DNA of 45,193 bases from Alphaproteobacteria bacterium UBA1002. GTDB taxonomy: Bacteria; Pseudomonadota; Alphaproteobacteria; Rickettsiales; UBA998. The stretch lies in the NCBI GenBank assembly GCA_002291845.1, contig DBAU01000101.1, positions 1 through 45,193 of the forward strand, read 5' to 3'. A program made the position numbers and the translations under genes. Below are positions 18,471 to 27,712 of the stretch, piece after piece (within the stretch, counting starts at the first letter, position 1; each line of letters begins with the position of its first letter). The notes beneath the pieces are model-generated. The model did no database searches. It had not been told where the DNA came from and was given only the letters and a program-made list of their open reading frames with translations.

Positions 18471-20342
18471 TCAGGTTTTTTTGGGTGGAATCTGCCGCCC
18501 TTGCACCTGAGTTAAACCATGCTCCGTTTTTTCCCAATAAAATGGCGAAAAAACAAGCTGCCACAAGGCCTTAAAGCTGGCCACCGAATGTAAAAACCAA
18601 TAGAATGGAAATATCAGCGTGGTCAAACGCATGTGGCGCCAGCCTAGATCTCCTGCAATTTTCCACGCCATTTGCCATTGAGCAAACATCCCTAAGCCCA
18701 ATGTGGCGAGACAAAATGTCAGAAGTCCCTCAGGGGTTGCCTTCTGCCAGCTGGGAATGGCCCACCAGATGAGGCAGACCGTCCATAGTAACGGGGTAAT
18801 GAGGTAAATCAAAGACGCACCACCAATCAGCAACTGCAAACCGAGGAAGCCTCGCAGACCGCAGTGCGAACGGATGCGCCCCGGGGTGCGCATATGGACA
18901 ATCCAGGTAATCAGATATCCCTTTATCCACCGCGACCGCTGACCAAGCCATGCACTGATGTGCAATGGCGCCTCCTCCAAGGTCAATGAATCCAGAGGGC
19001 ATGTTTTCAATCCGGCAGCAGCCAAACGCAGCCCCAGATCCGCATCCTCTGTAACATTGAAAGGATCCCACGCACCGATTTTTCGCAAGCGCTTCAACGC
19101 AAGATGGTTGCTGGTTCCGCCCAACGGGATGGGAATGTCGCGATGATACAGAGCAGGGATCATCCGCTCAAACAGCAGAGCATATTCCAGGGCAAAGAGA
19201 CGGGTTAGCCAATTTTCATCCCGGTTGTAATAATTCAAGCGCGCCTGCAGGCAGACGACATCAGGCGGGCTTGATAAAAACAAGGCAACGGCTTTACGTA
19301 ACTGATCCGGTGCTGGACGATCTTCCGCGTCATAAATGGTGACATATTCACCGCGCGCAAATTGTAGCGCGTAATTGCACGCCTTCGGCTTGGTACGTGG
19401 CTGCGACACCGGAACACGCAGCAATTCAACATAAGCAGGGGGGCGCGCCGCATAAATAGCATCCAGCATTTGCGTATCATCACTCTCCACCACCAGCTTT
19501 ACATCCAGCTTGTGACTTGGATAATCCAGAGCCGCCAGTGCATCCAGGATTCCGGGCACACTGGACGCTTCACGGTAGAGTGGTACCAACACCGTGTAGA
19601 TGGGCAATCCCTCATCCGGCAAACGAGTAGCCGTGCCTTGTGGCCATGCAGCACGGCGTCCTTCTCGTGTCATGCGCCACTTGAAAAGTAAGGAGAGCAG
19701 AAATAGCAAATTGGAACCCATTAAAACAGGGATCAAGAGGGACATAGAAAGCGGCGAGAGCACCACCAGCGCAACAAGCACTAATAAACCGTTGAGAATC
19801 CAGGCATCACCACGGCGCGGCCACGCGGACCAAACAGGATAGCGCTGACGTAATTCCATGCGAGCTGTATGATCCAGCGTTTGCGCAAAACGACGCGCCA
19901 GCGTTTGCTGTAAATCACGTGGAGAGGTAAGCAAAAAAGCTAATGCGACCTCATGGCCAACATGAAGGCGAATTTCACCTATCAGTAGCGGCGTAAGATC
20001 GAGAGCGGCAATCACCAGCGTGTCGCCCTCTTTACGCCAAGGCACCCAACCAAATAAACGATAGCTCTCCAGCGCCGCCTCGCTAAGCAATGCATCATCG
20101 ACCGGCATCTGCTGTAAATCGAGCGTCCCTATCCCCAGTTGTTCGCCCAGTGCCGCGGCGAGCGATGGCCAGCTGCAAGCGCCTTGCATAACCAGTAACT
20201 CACCCAAACGCCCTCCCTCGCGACGCTGGCGTTCAAGCGCCTGCAGCAGGTCAGCTTCGGTCACCGCCCCGCGTCGGATCAGCACCTCGCCCAGCCGAGC
20301 AGACTCAGGGCGTGCTTCAACACTGTCTAAAAGCTGCGCCAT
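18471..20342 (-). CDS. MshEN (c-di-GMP-binding) domain fused to a processive GT2 glycosyltransferase
   Basis: RLGEVLIRRGAVTEADLLQALERQ and RLGELLVMQG; LVPLYRE, TKPKACN, YDAED, GGTSNH, TEDADLG, QRSRWIKG, WEKTEHG; TM helices. Confidence 0.88.
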   Translation of the reverse strand: MAQLLDSVEARPESARLGEVLIRRGAVTEADLLQALERQRREGGRLGELLVMQGACSWPSLAAALGEQLGIGTLDLQQMPVDDALLSEAALESYRLFGWVPWRKEGDTLVIAALDLTPLLIGEIRLHVGHEVALAFLLTSPRDLQQTLARRFAQTLDHTARMELRQRYPVWSAWPRRGDAWILNGLLVLVALVVLSPLSMSLLIPVLMGSNLLFLLSLLFKWRMTREGRRAAWPQGTATRLPDEGLPIYTVLVPLYREASSVPGILDALAALDYPSHKLDVKLVVESDDTQMLDAIYAARPPAYVELLRVPVSQPRTKPKACNYALQFARGEYVTIYDAEDRPAPDQLRKAVALFLSSPPDVVCLQARLNYYNRDENWLTRLFALEYALLFERMIPALYHRDIPIPLGGTSNHLALKRLRKIGAWDPFNVTEDADLGLRLAAAGLKTCPLDSLTLEEAPLHISAWLGQRSRWIKGYLITWIVHMRTPGRIRSHCGLRGFLGLQLLIGGASLIYLITPLLWTVCLIWWAIPSWQKATPEGLLTFCLATLGLGMFAQWQMAWKIAGDLGWRHMRLTTLIFPFYWFLHSVASFKALWQLVFSPFYWEKTEHGLTQVQGRQIPPKKT

Positions 20343-21148
20343 ATCGATACCATAACGCCTCCCCCTCCGCCGGTATCCGCACCATCCAGATGGCGGAACA
20401 GTCCCGTTTGCAAACGCGTCGCTTCCGCCAGCTGATAAACAACGGAAATCTGTCCACGTAACAGTCGGTAATCATTCTGCCCCGCCACCGAGGTAGCGAC
20501 ACCGCTGATACCCCGTGCTGGAAGTGTAAGGCTCATCTCAGGTAAGAGCATCCAATCCTCATGCAGCGTCACCCCGGTACGGGCCTCCAGCTGCACCTGA
20601 TCACGTAACAGGCCATGCCGATAGCGATACGCCGCTCGAAGCATGGAGAAATGCTCACGCTCAAACAGGCGGAAGCCATAGCCGCCATTCAACGCAAAGG
20701 CGACATCGTAATCATTCCGCCCGGCGCGCGGGTCCTCTTCACGTTCATAGGCGGAAGGAAGCGCCACCAGCGTATCCGCAGAGAGCGCGACCCGTCCCTC
20801 TTCCCAAACGCGGCGGCGGGCAAACAGCTCGCTATTGCCAAGACCCCAGTTTGTGCGCTGCGTCCCGCTGGCGTCCTCCTGACTCAGATCGTGCAAAAAT
20901 ATCGACCCACCAAGCGTCCAATCCTCACGCCAGCCATACTCCACATACGGGTTCAGTTCACGCTTTGTAAAACGGGGTTGTGCAATCGAATCACCCGAGC
21001 GCGTAAAATAACGGTCAGTGTCGTATTGTAACGCCGTGAGAATGGCAATTCCTTCTCCCGGCTTTTGCAGCCAAGGGTTTGCCATCACCTGAGAGCAGAC
21101 GCTCCAAGCAATGCAGAAAGCAAGCATCTGAAAAAAGACACACCGCAT
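20327..21148 (-). CDS. Probable outer-membrane beta-barrel protein
   Basis: Signal peptide, YVEYG motif, alternating amphipathic strands, C-terminal ..VSIWRSF; overlaps the GT2 start. Confidence 0.7.
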   Translation of the reverse strand: MRCVFFQMLAFCIAWSVCSQVMANPWLQKPGEGIAILTALQYDTDRYFTRSGDSIAQPRFTKRELNPYVEYGWREDWTLGGSIFLHDLSQEDASGTQRTNWGLGNSELFARRRVWEEGRVALSADTLVALPSAYEREEDPRAGRNDYDVAFALNGGYGFRLFEREHFSMLRAAYRYRHGLLRDQVQLEARTGVTLHEDWMLLPEMSLTLPARGISGVATSVAGQNDYRLLRGQISVVYQLAEATRLQTGLFRHLDGADTGGGGGVMVSIWRSF

Positions 21149-21181
21149 TGGACTGCCTCGTCCCGCGTGTGAGACCGTTTC

Positions 21182-21664
21182 CTAGTGCAGGGTACGGTTG
21201 CTGTCTTTGATGGCGAGGGCTATTAGCTTCTCATTGGCTTCGTCGTTCAACTCGTCAGACAGCATTTCGCGCGCTGCCTCAACCGCAATCTCGACAACTT
21301 TGCGTTGAATCGCCGAAACCGCCTCCTGCTCTTCACGGGCAATTTTGTCATTTGCTTGGGAAATACGCGCATCCACCGCGCGTTGCAGCTGAGCGCGGGC
21401 CTCTTCTTCCAGACGCTTGGCGGTGGTGCGCGCGGAAGCGATCAATGCTTCGGCTTCCTGATGGGCTTCACGCTGCTTCTTCTGGTAAGCCGCGAGCGTG
21501 GCTTGCGCCTCTTCACGCAGACGCACTGCCTCGGCTAGCTCGGCTTCAATGCGCGCGGCACGGCCATCCAATGCCTTGGTCATGGCACGACCTACTGGAC
21601 GCCACGCCACAACCAAAAACAGGACGAAAGCCAAACCAACAAAAAATGTAGCGTCGAACATCAT
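21182..21664 (-). CDS. atpF: F0F1 ATP synthase subunit b
   Basis: N-terminal TM, LD.RA.RI..EL.EA..LREEA coiled coil. Confidence 0.9.
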   Translation of the reverse strand: MMFDATFFVGLAFVLFLVVAWRPVGRAMTKALDGRAARIEAELAEAVRLREEAQATLAAYQKKQREAHQEAEALIASARTTAKRLEEEARAQLQRAVDARISQANDKIAREEQEAVSAIQRKVVEIAVEAAREMLSDELNDEANEKLIALAIKDSNRTLH

Positions 21665-21716
21665 GCTTACCTTAACGTCAATGTGGGTCACCAACCAGCA
21701 CGGGGCAATCCCATGT

Positions 21717-22268
21717 TTAGGACGATGCCGCCTTCACGGCTTTTTTTACCATTGCTGCATCCGGTGCTTTGCCGAGCAGCTTTTCCACTATCATCGCAGC
21801 CGCTTCCTCAGCAATCGGAGCCAGGTCCTTCTCGATACGTGTGCACTGCTCACGCAGCGCCTTGTCCGCATCGGAGAGTTTCTTGGCCAGCGTTTTGTCC
21901 AGGGCCGCATGTTCCTGACGCGCCAGCTGATCATGGCTGGCTTGCGCCTCCACAACCAGCGCATTGGCACGCAGACGGGCTTCCGCCTGCTCACGCTCAT
22001 ACGCATCTTGCGCGGCCTGGGCTTCTCGGGAAAGGGCTTCCGCCGCTTCCAGATCCGCCGCCAGACGCTGGCGCCGGGTTTCCAGTACCGACTGAATAGC
22101 GGGTAGCGCACGGCGGGACACCAGCACGTACAGCAGCGCGAATGACAACGTCAGCCAGAACAGCTGCGATGAAAAGCTCTCCGGATTCAGCTGCGGAGAA
22201 ACCTCTGCGTGATGCTCTACCTGCCGTGTTTCGGCGTGCAAAACTTGCGCGTCATACGAACTGGACAT
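21717..22268 (-). CDS. atpG: F0F1 ATP synthase subunit b'
   Basis: PQLNPESFSSQLFWL..F..LY......LP.I...LE.R. Confidence 0.88.
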   Translation of the reverse strand: MSSSYDAQVLHAETRQVEHHAEVSPQLNPESFSSQLFWLTLSFALLYVLVSRRALPAIQSVLETRRQRLAADLEAAEALSREAQAAQDAYEREQAEARLRANALVVEAQASHDQLARQEHAALDKTLAKKLSDADKALREQCTRIEKDLAPIAEEAAAMIVEKLLGKAPDAAMVKKAVKAASS

Positions 22269-22310
22269 GCCGGGTCCTTACCTGTGCGAATTGCGTGCGG
22301 TCGTGCCTGC

Positions 22311-22532
22311 TTAGAACAGATTGGCAGCAGCTACGGCGAACGCCATAACGCCCAGACCTTCTGCCAGCGCCGCACCGATCAGGGCGTTGGTGAACAGCTT
22401 CGGCGCTGCGGACGGGTTGCGGGCCACACCTTGCAGGAAGGCGTTAAAGATCATGCCCACGCCGATGGCGGAGCCGAGGATACCGAAGCCCATCAGGCCG
22501 GCGGCGATCAGTTTAGCGGATTCTGCGTCCAT
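22311..22532 (-). CDS. atpE: F0F1 ATP synthase subunit c
   Basis: GxGxG helix, ARNP loop, conserved carboxylate in AALAEG. Confidence 0.95.
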   Translation of the reverse strand: MDAESAKLIAAGLMGFGILGSAIGVGMIFNAFLQGVARNPSAAPKLFTNALIGAALAEGLGVMAFAVAAANLF

Positions 22533-22566
22533 GGTTTTAGTCCTTTCAGGTTAAATCAAACGTAGA

Positions 22567-23301
22567 TTAGTGCATGTGAAGCGCGTCGTGCAAATACACG
22601 CAGGTCAAAATCGTGAAAATATAGGCCTGCAGGAATGCGACGAACACTTCAAAGCCGATCAGCCCGACGAGTACCAGCATCAGCGGCACACCGAAGGCAC
22701 CAAGCGTCACTACAAAACCGGCAACTACCTTCAGCAATAGGTGGCCTGCAGTCATGTTGGCGGCAAGACGGATCGACAGGGTAATTGGGCGGGCAAGGTA
22801 AGAAATCACCTCGATGGGAATCATCAGAGGTACCAGCGGCAGCGGCACACCCGCTGGCAAGAACATGTGCAGGTAGTGCAGGCCGTGGCGGGCAAAGCCA
22901 ACAGCGGTAACGCCGACAAACACCAGAAGCGCCAGCGCAAAGGTGACAATCACATGGCTGGTCACGGTAAAGGAATACGGCACCAACCCCAGCAGGTTGG
23001 CCATCAGAATGAAGAAAAACAGCGTGAACATGAAAGGCAGGAACGGCTTGTAGCCCTCACCCGCCGTATCACGCAGCGTGTTGTGCACAAAATCATAGCC
23101 CATTTCCACCAGCGCCTGCCAGTGACCAGGCACCATGGCACGCTGACGCATACCCATCATCACGAAGAGATAAGTCACGGCAACCGCGGCCACCATAAAC
23201 AGGGACGCATTGGTAAAATCGATGGAATAACCCGCGAGCTTTGGAAGCTCAAACAGCGGGTGCACCTCAAACTGATGCATCGGACTGTGGGTTTCGGCCA
23301 T
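22567..23301 (-). CDS. atpB: F0F1 ATP synthase subunit a
   Basis: SPMHQF, FTNASLFM, NLLGLVPYSFT.TSH, RP.TLSIRLAANM.AGH, VAFLQAYIF. Confidence 0.96.
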   Translation of the reverse strand: MAETHSPMHQFEVHPLFELPKLAGYSIDFTNASLFMVAAVAVTYLFVMMGMRQRAMVPGHWQALVEMGYDFVHNTLRDTAGEGYKPFLPFMFTLFFFILMANLLGLVPYSFTVTSHVIVTFALALLVFVGVTAVGFARHGLHYLHMFLPAGVPLPLVPLMIPIEVISYLARPITLSIRLAANMTAGHLLLKVVAGFVVTLGAFGVPLMLVLVGLIGFEVFVAFLQAYIFTILTCVYLHDALHMH

Positions 23302-23381
23302 GTCGTAACTACCGTCGAAAGTTCGGCGAGATGTTTAGGGGATTCAGGGGGGCTTGTCCAGCCTTTCTTGCACGCATGAAA

Positions 23382-23693
23382 TCAGTCATTTCCCGCGTGA
23401 TTTTGCTCCTGTTTTTCCATCGCTTCCGCGGAGCGGATGGCACTGCGTACGCCCGCTGCCATGCCGAAGCCCAGCCCAAGCAGGATACCCCACGGACCGG
23501 AGCCGAGCCACTGGTCTGCCCAATAGCCCAAAAAGATGCCTACACCAATGCACACCATGAGGTCGAGCGAGATACGCATGGCGGCGGATTTAGCATTCTC
23601 CGGACGGCTGCCGCGCTCACGCTGCTCCACCGTACGCTTTAAGCGAGCAACATCCGCCTGTACATCTTCTGGACGCCGCGCACCTTCATTCAT
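23382..23693 (-). CDS. atpI: AtpZ/AtpI family protein
   Basis: Two TM helices with G...G...D.WLG..PW; directly upstream of atpB. Confidence 0.85.
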   Translation of the reverse strand: MNEGARRPEDVQADVARLKRTVEQRERGSRPENAKSAAMRISLDLMVCIGVGIFLGYWADQWLGSGPWGILLGLGFGMAAGVRSAIRSAEAMEKQEQNHAGND

Positions 23694-24400
23694 TGGGCGG
23701 CAGCTTTCTCTGCGGCTCTCAGAGCTTTTTCTATGGCTCTCGCAAACACTTCTGGCTCACGGGTGCCACTGATGGTTTCCGCACCAATAAAGAAGGTCGG
23801 GGTGGCCTCAATCTTGAGATTATCACGCGCCAGCATCAGATCGGAAATTAGCTGCTGCTCTGCATCTTTATTGTCCAGACAAGCCTTGAACTTTTGCTCG
23901 CCTACCCCGCCAACCGCGGCAATCTTCTGCAGCGAGTCGCGGCTATCAAAGGCAAATGCCCAGCGCTCCTGCATCTCGAATAGCACCTCTTCAAACTTGA
24001 TGCCACGTTCCGGCGGCAGGCAGGTGACAAGTAAAGCGCCCTCCAGTGCCGGACGGTTTGTTGGGAATTGCCGCATCACTAATTTTGCTTTGCCGGTATC
24101 AATGTAGTCACGCTTCAGCGTCGGCAGAACTTTTGCATGAAAATCTGCGCAATGGGGGCAGGAAAGTGAGGAATATTCAAAAATCGTCACCGGAGCCTTG
24201 GCATCGCCAAGCACGATGTCGCGATCCTTCACGCGCAGAATGTCTGCGCGTGGAACGACAGGCACCGGCGGCTCCTGCGTTGCGCTTTGCTGTGCCGCCT
24301 CCGGGCGCGGCGCGTCAGAAGAGGCTTGCAGGGAATCCGCCATCCATACCGAGGCCACAAACAAGGCACCCGCCATGCCAACGCAAAGAGGTAATTTCAT
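23690..24400 (-). CDS. dsbA: DsbA-family thioredoxin-fold protein
   Basis: LGDAKAPVTIFEYSSLSCPHCADFH, YIDTGK, ATPTFFI. Confidence 0.88.
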   Translation of the reverse strand: MKLPLCVGMAGALFVASVWMADSLQASSDAPRPEAAQQSATQEPPVPVVPRADILRVKDRDIVLGDAKAPVTIFEYSSLSCPHCADFHAKVLPTLKRDYIDTGKAKLVMRQFPTNRPALEGALLVTCLPPERGIKFEEVLFEMQERWAFAFDSRDSLQKIAAVGGVGEQKFKACLDNKDAEQQLISDLMLARDNLKIEATPTFFIGAETISGTREPEVFARAIEKALRAAEKAAAQ

Positions 24401-24514
24401 GAGACACTCCCGGAAAAGAAATACCAGCCTGTGCTTACGGCTTCTTCCGCGAAAACGCAATATTGTAGTGCGCCCCCAGATTCACGGAGCGCGCCCAACC
24501 CATGCCATGAAATT

Positions 24515-26827
24515 TTATGCCGCTTTTGCCGAGCGCGGGTGTTTCTCACCGTCGGTGGACTCGTCGCCCGCCACCTCCATGACCGCGATAGCCGCCATGT
24601 TGATGATGTCGGATACAGAGGCGTTCATTTGCAGTATCTGCACCGGACGCGACATGTTGACAAGAATCGGGCCAATGGCCGAACCTTCGCCCAGCTCCGT
24701 CATCAGGCCGGAGGCCACGTTCGCGGTGTGCAGCGCCGGCATGACCAGCACGTTGGCGGGACCGGACAGGCGACAGAACGGATAGAGGCTCATTAGCTCG
24801 GCATTGAGTGCGACGTCCGCGCCCATTTCACCGTCATACTCAAAGTTGACTGCGCGCTGATCCATGACTTTCACGGCATCCACAATGCGCTTGGATTTCT
24901 CGCGCTGCGGATTGCCAAAGCTGGAGAAAGAAAGGAACGCCACACGCGGATCATGACCGAAGTGACGGGCTACTTCCGCCGTGCATTCGGCGATATCGGC
25001 CAGCTGCTCCGGCTCGGGCAGCTCGTTGACCATGGTATCCGACATGAAGATCGTGCGGTTCTTTGCCACGATAATGGACACAGCAAACGGGAAGCGACCA
25101 TCTTTCGGCTCAATGGTGCGCGAGACGGTTTCCAGCGTGCGGTGATAGCCGCGGGTGATACCGGTGATAAGCGCATCTCCATGCCCTGCCTGCAGCATGA
25201 GCGAGGCGAAGGTGTTGCGGTCGTTCTTCACCATACGTGCGACGTCGCGGTAGAGAAAGCCTTTGCGCTGCAGCTTTTCGTACAGCATGTCCACATAGAG
25301 ATCGACATGCTCAGTGAGCGCGGCATTGGTGATTTCAATACCCTCACGGTTAGTGATCTGCATACGCTCCATGGCATTGAGAATACGGTCCTTGCGGCCC
25401 ACCAAAATCGGCGTGCCGTAACCGTAATCGCGCCAATGCGCGGCGGCGCGGATGATTTTCTCCTCTTCGCCTTCCGCGAAGATGACGCGCTTGGGATGCG
25501 CTTTGACACGATCCAGAATGCGGCTCATCGTGTTGGCGGTCGGGTTGAGGCGTGCGGTCAGCGAACGGCGGTAGCCCTCAAGGTCCATGATCGGCTTGCG
25601 GGCCACACCGGTCTGCATCGCCGCCTTGGCAACGGCAACCGGGATAGTGGAGATCAGGCGCGGGTCGAACGGGGTCGGGATGATGTATTCCGGGCCAAAC
25701 TCCATCAGGCGCCCCGCATAGGCAGAGAGCACCTCATCCGGCACTTCCTCGCGCGCCAGCTGCGCGAGCGCCTCGGCCGCGGCGATCTTCATCTCCTCGT
25801 TGATCTCACGGGCACGCACATCGAGCGCACCACGGAAGATATACGGGAAGCCCATCACGTTATTCACCTGGTTCGGATAGTCCGAACGGCCGGTGGCGAC
25901 AATCGCATCCGGGCGGGCTTTCTTGGCTTCTTCCGGCAGAATCTCTGGTACCGGGTTGGCCATCGCGAAAATCACCGGATTCTTCGCCATGCCTTTGACC
26001 ATCTCCGGCGTCACGGCACCCGCGACGGACAGGCCGAGGAACACATCCGCGCCCTTCAGCGCATCGGTGAGGCTCCGCGCATCGGTCTTCACCGCATGCG
26101 CCGATTTCCACTGGTTCATGCCATGCTCGCGGCCTTCGTAAACGACACCGTCACGATCGCACAGCAGCACATTCTGATGGGGCACGCCCATGCGCTTAAT
26201 CAGCTCAAGGCAAGCGATGCCTGCCGCGCCCGCGCCATTGACGACAACCTTCAAATCCTCAAAACGGCGGCCGGTAATGTGCGCTGCGTTGATAAGACCG
26301 GCTGCGGCAATGATCGCGGTGCCATGCTGATCGTCGTGGAACACAGGAATATCCATGGCCTCGCGCAGGCGCTGCTCAATGATGAAGCAGTCTGGCGCGG
26401 CGATGTCTTCAAGGTTGATGCCGCCCCAGCTCGGGCCCAAAATCTTGATGGCATTGACAAATTCATCCACATCGGTGGTATCCACCTCAAGATCGATGCC
26501 GTCGATGTCCGCAAACCGCTTAAAGAGGATGGCCTTGCCTTCCATCACCGGCTTTGACGCCAGCGCACCGAGATTACCAAGGCCAAGCACGGCCGTACCG
26601 TTGGAGATCACCGCAACGAAATTACCCTTGGCTGTGTAGTCATAGGCCGCGTCCGGATTCTCGTGAATCTTCTGGCAGGGAACCGCCACGCCGGGGGAAT
26701 AGCCGAGCGAGAGATCGCGCTGGGTAATCAGCGGCTTGGTGGCCTGCACTGCCAGCTTGCCGGGCTGCCCACGCATATGGAAATCAAGGGCTTCCTCATC
26801 GGAAATCGGTTCGTTCTCAACGGCCAT
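24515..26827 (-). CDS. maeB: NADP-dependent malic enzyme with C-terminal PTA-like domain
   Basis: [59 protein letters not shown]. Confidence 0.96.
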   Translation of the reverse strand: MAVENEPISDEEALDFHMRGQPGKLAVQATKPLITQRDLSLGYSPGVAVPCQKIHENPDAAYDYTAKGNFVAVISNGTAVLGLGNLGALASKPVMEGKAILFKRFADIDGIDLEVDTTDVDEFVNAIKILGPSWGGINLEDIAAPDCFIIEQRLREAMDIPVFHDDQHGTAIIAAAGLINAAHITGRRFEDLKVVVNGAGAAGIACLELIKRMGVPHQNVLLCDRDGVVYEGREHGMNQWKSAHAVKTDARSLTDALKGADVFLGLSVAGAVTPEMVKGMAKNPVIFAMANPVPEILPEEAKKARPDAIVATGRSDYPNQVNNVMGFPYIFRGALDVRAREINEEMKIAAAEALAQLAREEVPDEVLSAYAGRLMEFGPEYIIPTPFDPRLISTIPVAVAKAAMQTGVARKPIMDLEGYRRSLTARLNPTANTMSRILDRVKAHPKRVIFAEGEEEKIIRAAAHWRDYGYGTPILVGRKDRILNAMERMQITNREGIEITNAALTEHVDLYVDMLYEKLQRKGFLYRDVARMVKNDRNTFASLMLQAGHGDALITGITRGYHRTLETVSRTIEPKDGRFPFAVSIIVAKNRTIFMSDTMVNELPEPEQLADIAECTAEVARHFGHDPRVAFLSFSSFGNPQREKSKRIVDAVKVMDQRAVNFEYDGEMGADVALNAELMSLYPFCRLSGPANVLVMPALHTANVASGLMTELGEGSAIGPILVNMSRPVQILQMNASVSDIINMAAIAVMEVAGDESTDGEKHPRSAKAA

Positions 26828-26994
26828 TGTAGGGGCGCTCCGCTCACTCGCTGATGGGTTTCACCCGGCATTGTGCAGCGCAACATATTGATTTCGCGCA
26901 CTTCCCGGGGCGGCTCAAAATACCTGCCAACCGGCGAATTGCAAGAAGAAATCCCAAGATTTTTTGCCGGATGCCCGCCCAGACATCCACGCCA

Positions 26995-27585
26995 TCAAAG
27001 GCTGCGCGTTTGGGGTAAAAAATGTGAAGATTGAGGGAAGTTCAACCCCAGCTCCGCGGCGCGTTCTAGCTGATGCTGCCCTAGCAGATGGGCGATCCCA
27101 TCACTGCCGACGATGGGCTCCAAGCCCTGACACTGCAAGGTGTAACGCAACGGTGGCACGTGACCGTCCGCTTTTTTCAGCTGCGGGCTAATACCCGTAT
27201 CAAAGCTTACCACATAGCCCGGACGGCGGCCTTCCAGCCCCGCGGGGCCTTTCATTGGCGTTCTGTTAAGAATTGAAAGCGCTTCCCGGAGCGGTAGCGC
27301 GTCATTGCGATTGGGCCGGTATTGGTGGTCCCCCTCAAACAATACGCCCATCTGGGCCAAACACTGTAGGGACGCAAAGCCGACGATGGCAACTGTGCGT
27401 TTTTCGGGGGTACCCGCAATTTCTAGATCCACCCCTGCTGAGGCTAGCGCTTCAGCGAGCGCGGTTGGCGCACCTTGCGTATCACGAAACAAAGACAGGC
27501 AACGTGGGTGCAGATGAATCACATCCTGTTGGCGATCGGCAACCAGATGAAGCGTGTTTAATTGTTGAATATCTGCAGGCAGCAT
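26995..27585 (-). CDS. Orphan hypothetical protein
   Basis: About 196-aa ORF filling the maeB-mutS gap; no recognisable motif; start uncertain (27585 or 27639). Confidence 0.6.
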   Translation of the reverse strand: MLPADIQQLNTLHLVADRQQDVIHLHPRCLSLFRDTQGAPTALAEALASAGVDLEIAGTPEKRTVAIVGFASLQCLAQMGVLFEGDHQYRPNRNDALPLREALSILNRTPMKGPAGLEGRRPGYVVSFDTGISPQLKKADGHVPPLRYTLQCQGLEPIVGSDGIAHLLGQHQLERAAELGLNFPQSSHFLPQTRSL

Positions 27586-27644
27586 TGGACAATCGGTGGT
27601 TGTTATTAAGCGAGGATGATACTGTTGACCGGGGCACAAAAGTA

Positions 27645-27659
27645 TTAATGTTATGTTAA
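27645..27659. promoter_or_regulatory. CtrA-type box
   Basis: TTAA-tgttatg-TTAA (TTAA-N7-TTAA) in the AT-rich divergent spacer before mutS. Confidence 0.6.
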
Positions 27660-27712
27660 ATTTATCTCCGCAAAGCCGTTGCTTTTCGATACGAAGCCGT
27701 TACACCTAACGC

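Noticed and set aside
22311-22532. Na+-coupled ATP synthase
   Set aside because: Subunit c lacks the Gln and Glu-Ser/Thr Na+ signature (has GVG and AEG); H+-type is more likely
24953-26557. 534-aa ORF on the + strand
   Set aside because: Antisense to maeB; typical high-GC codon-bias shadow
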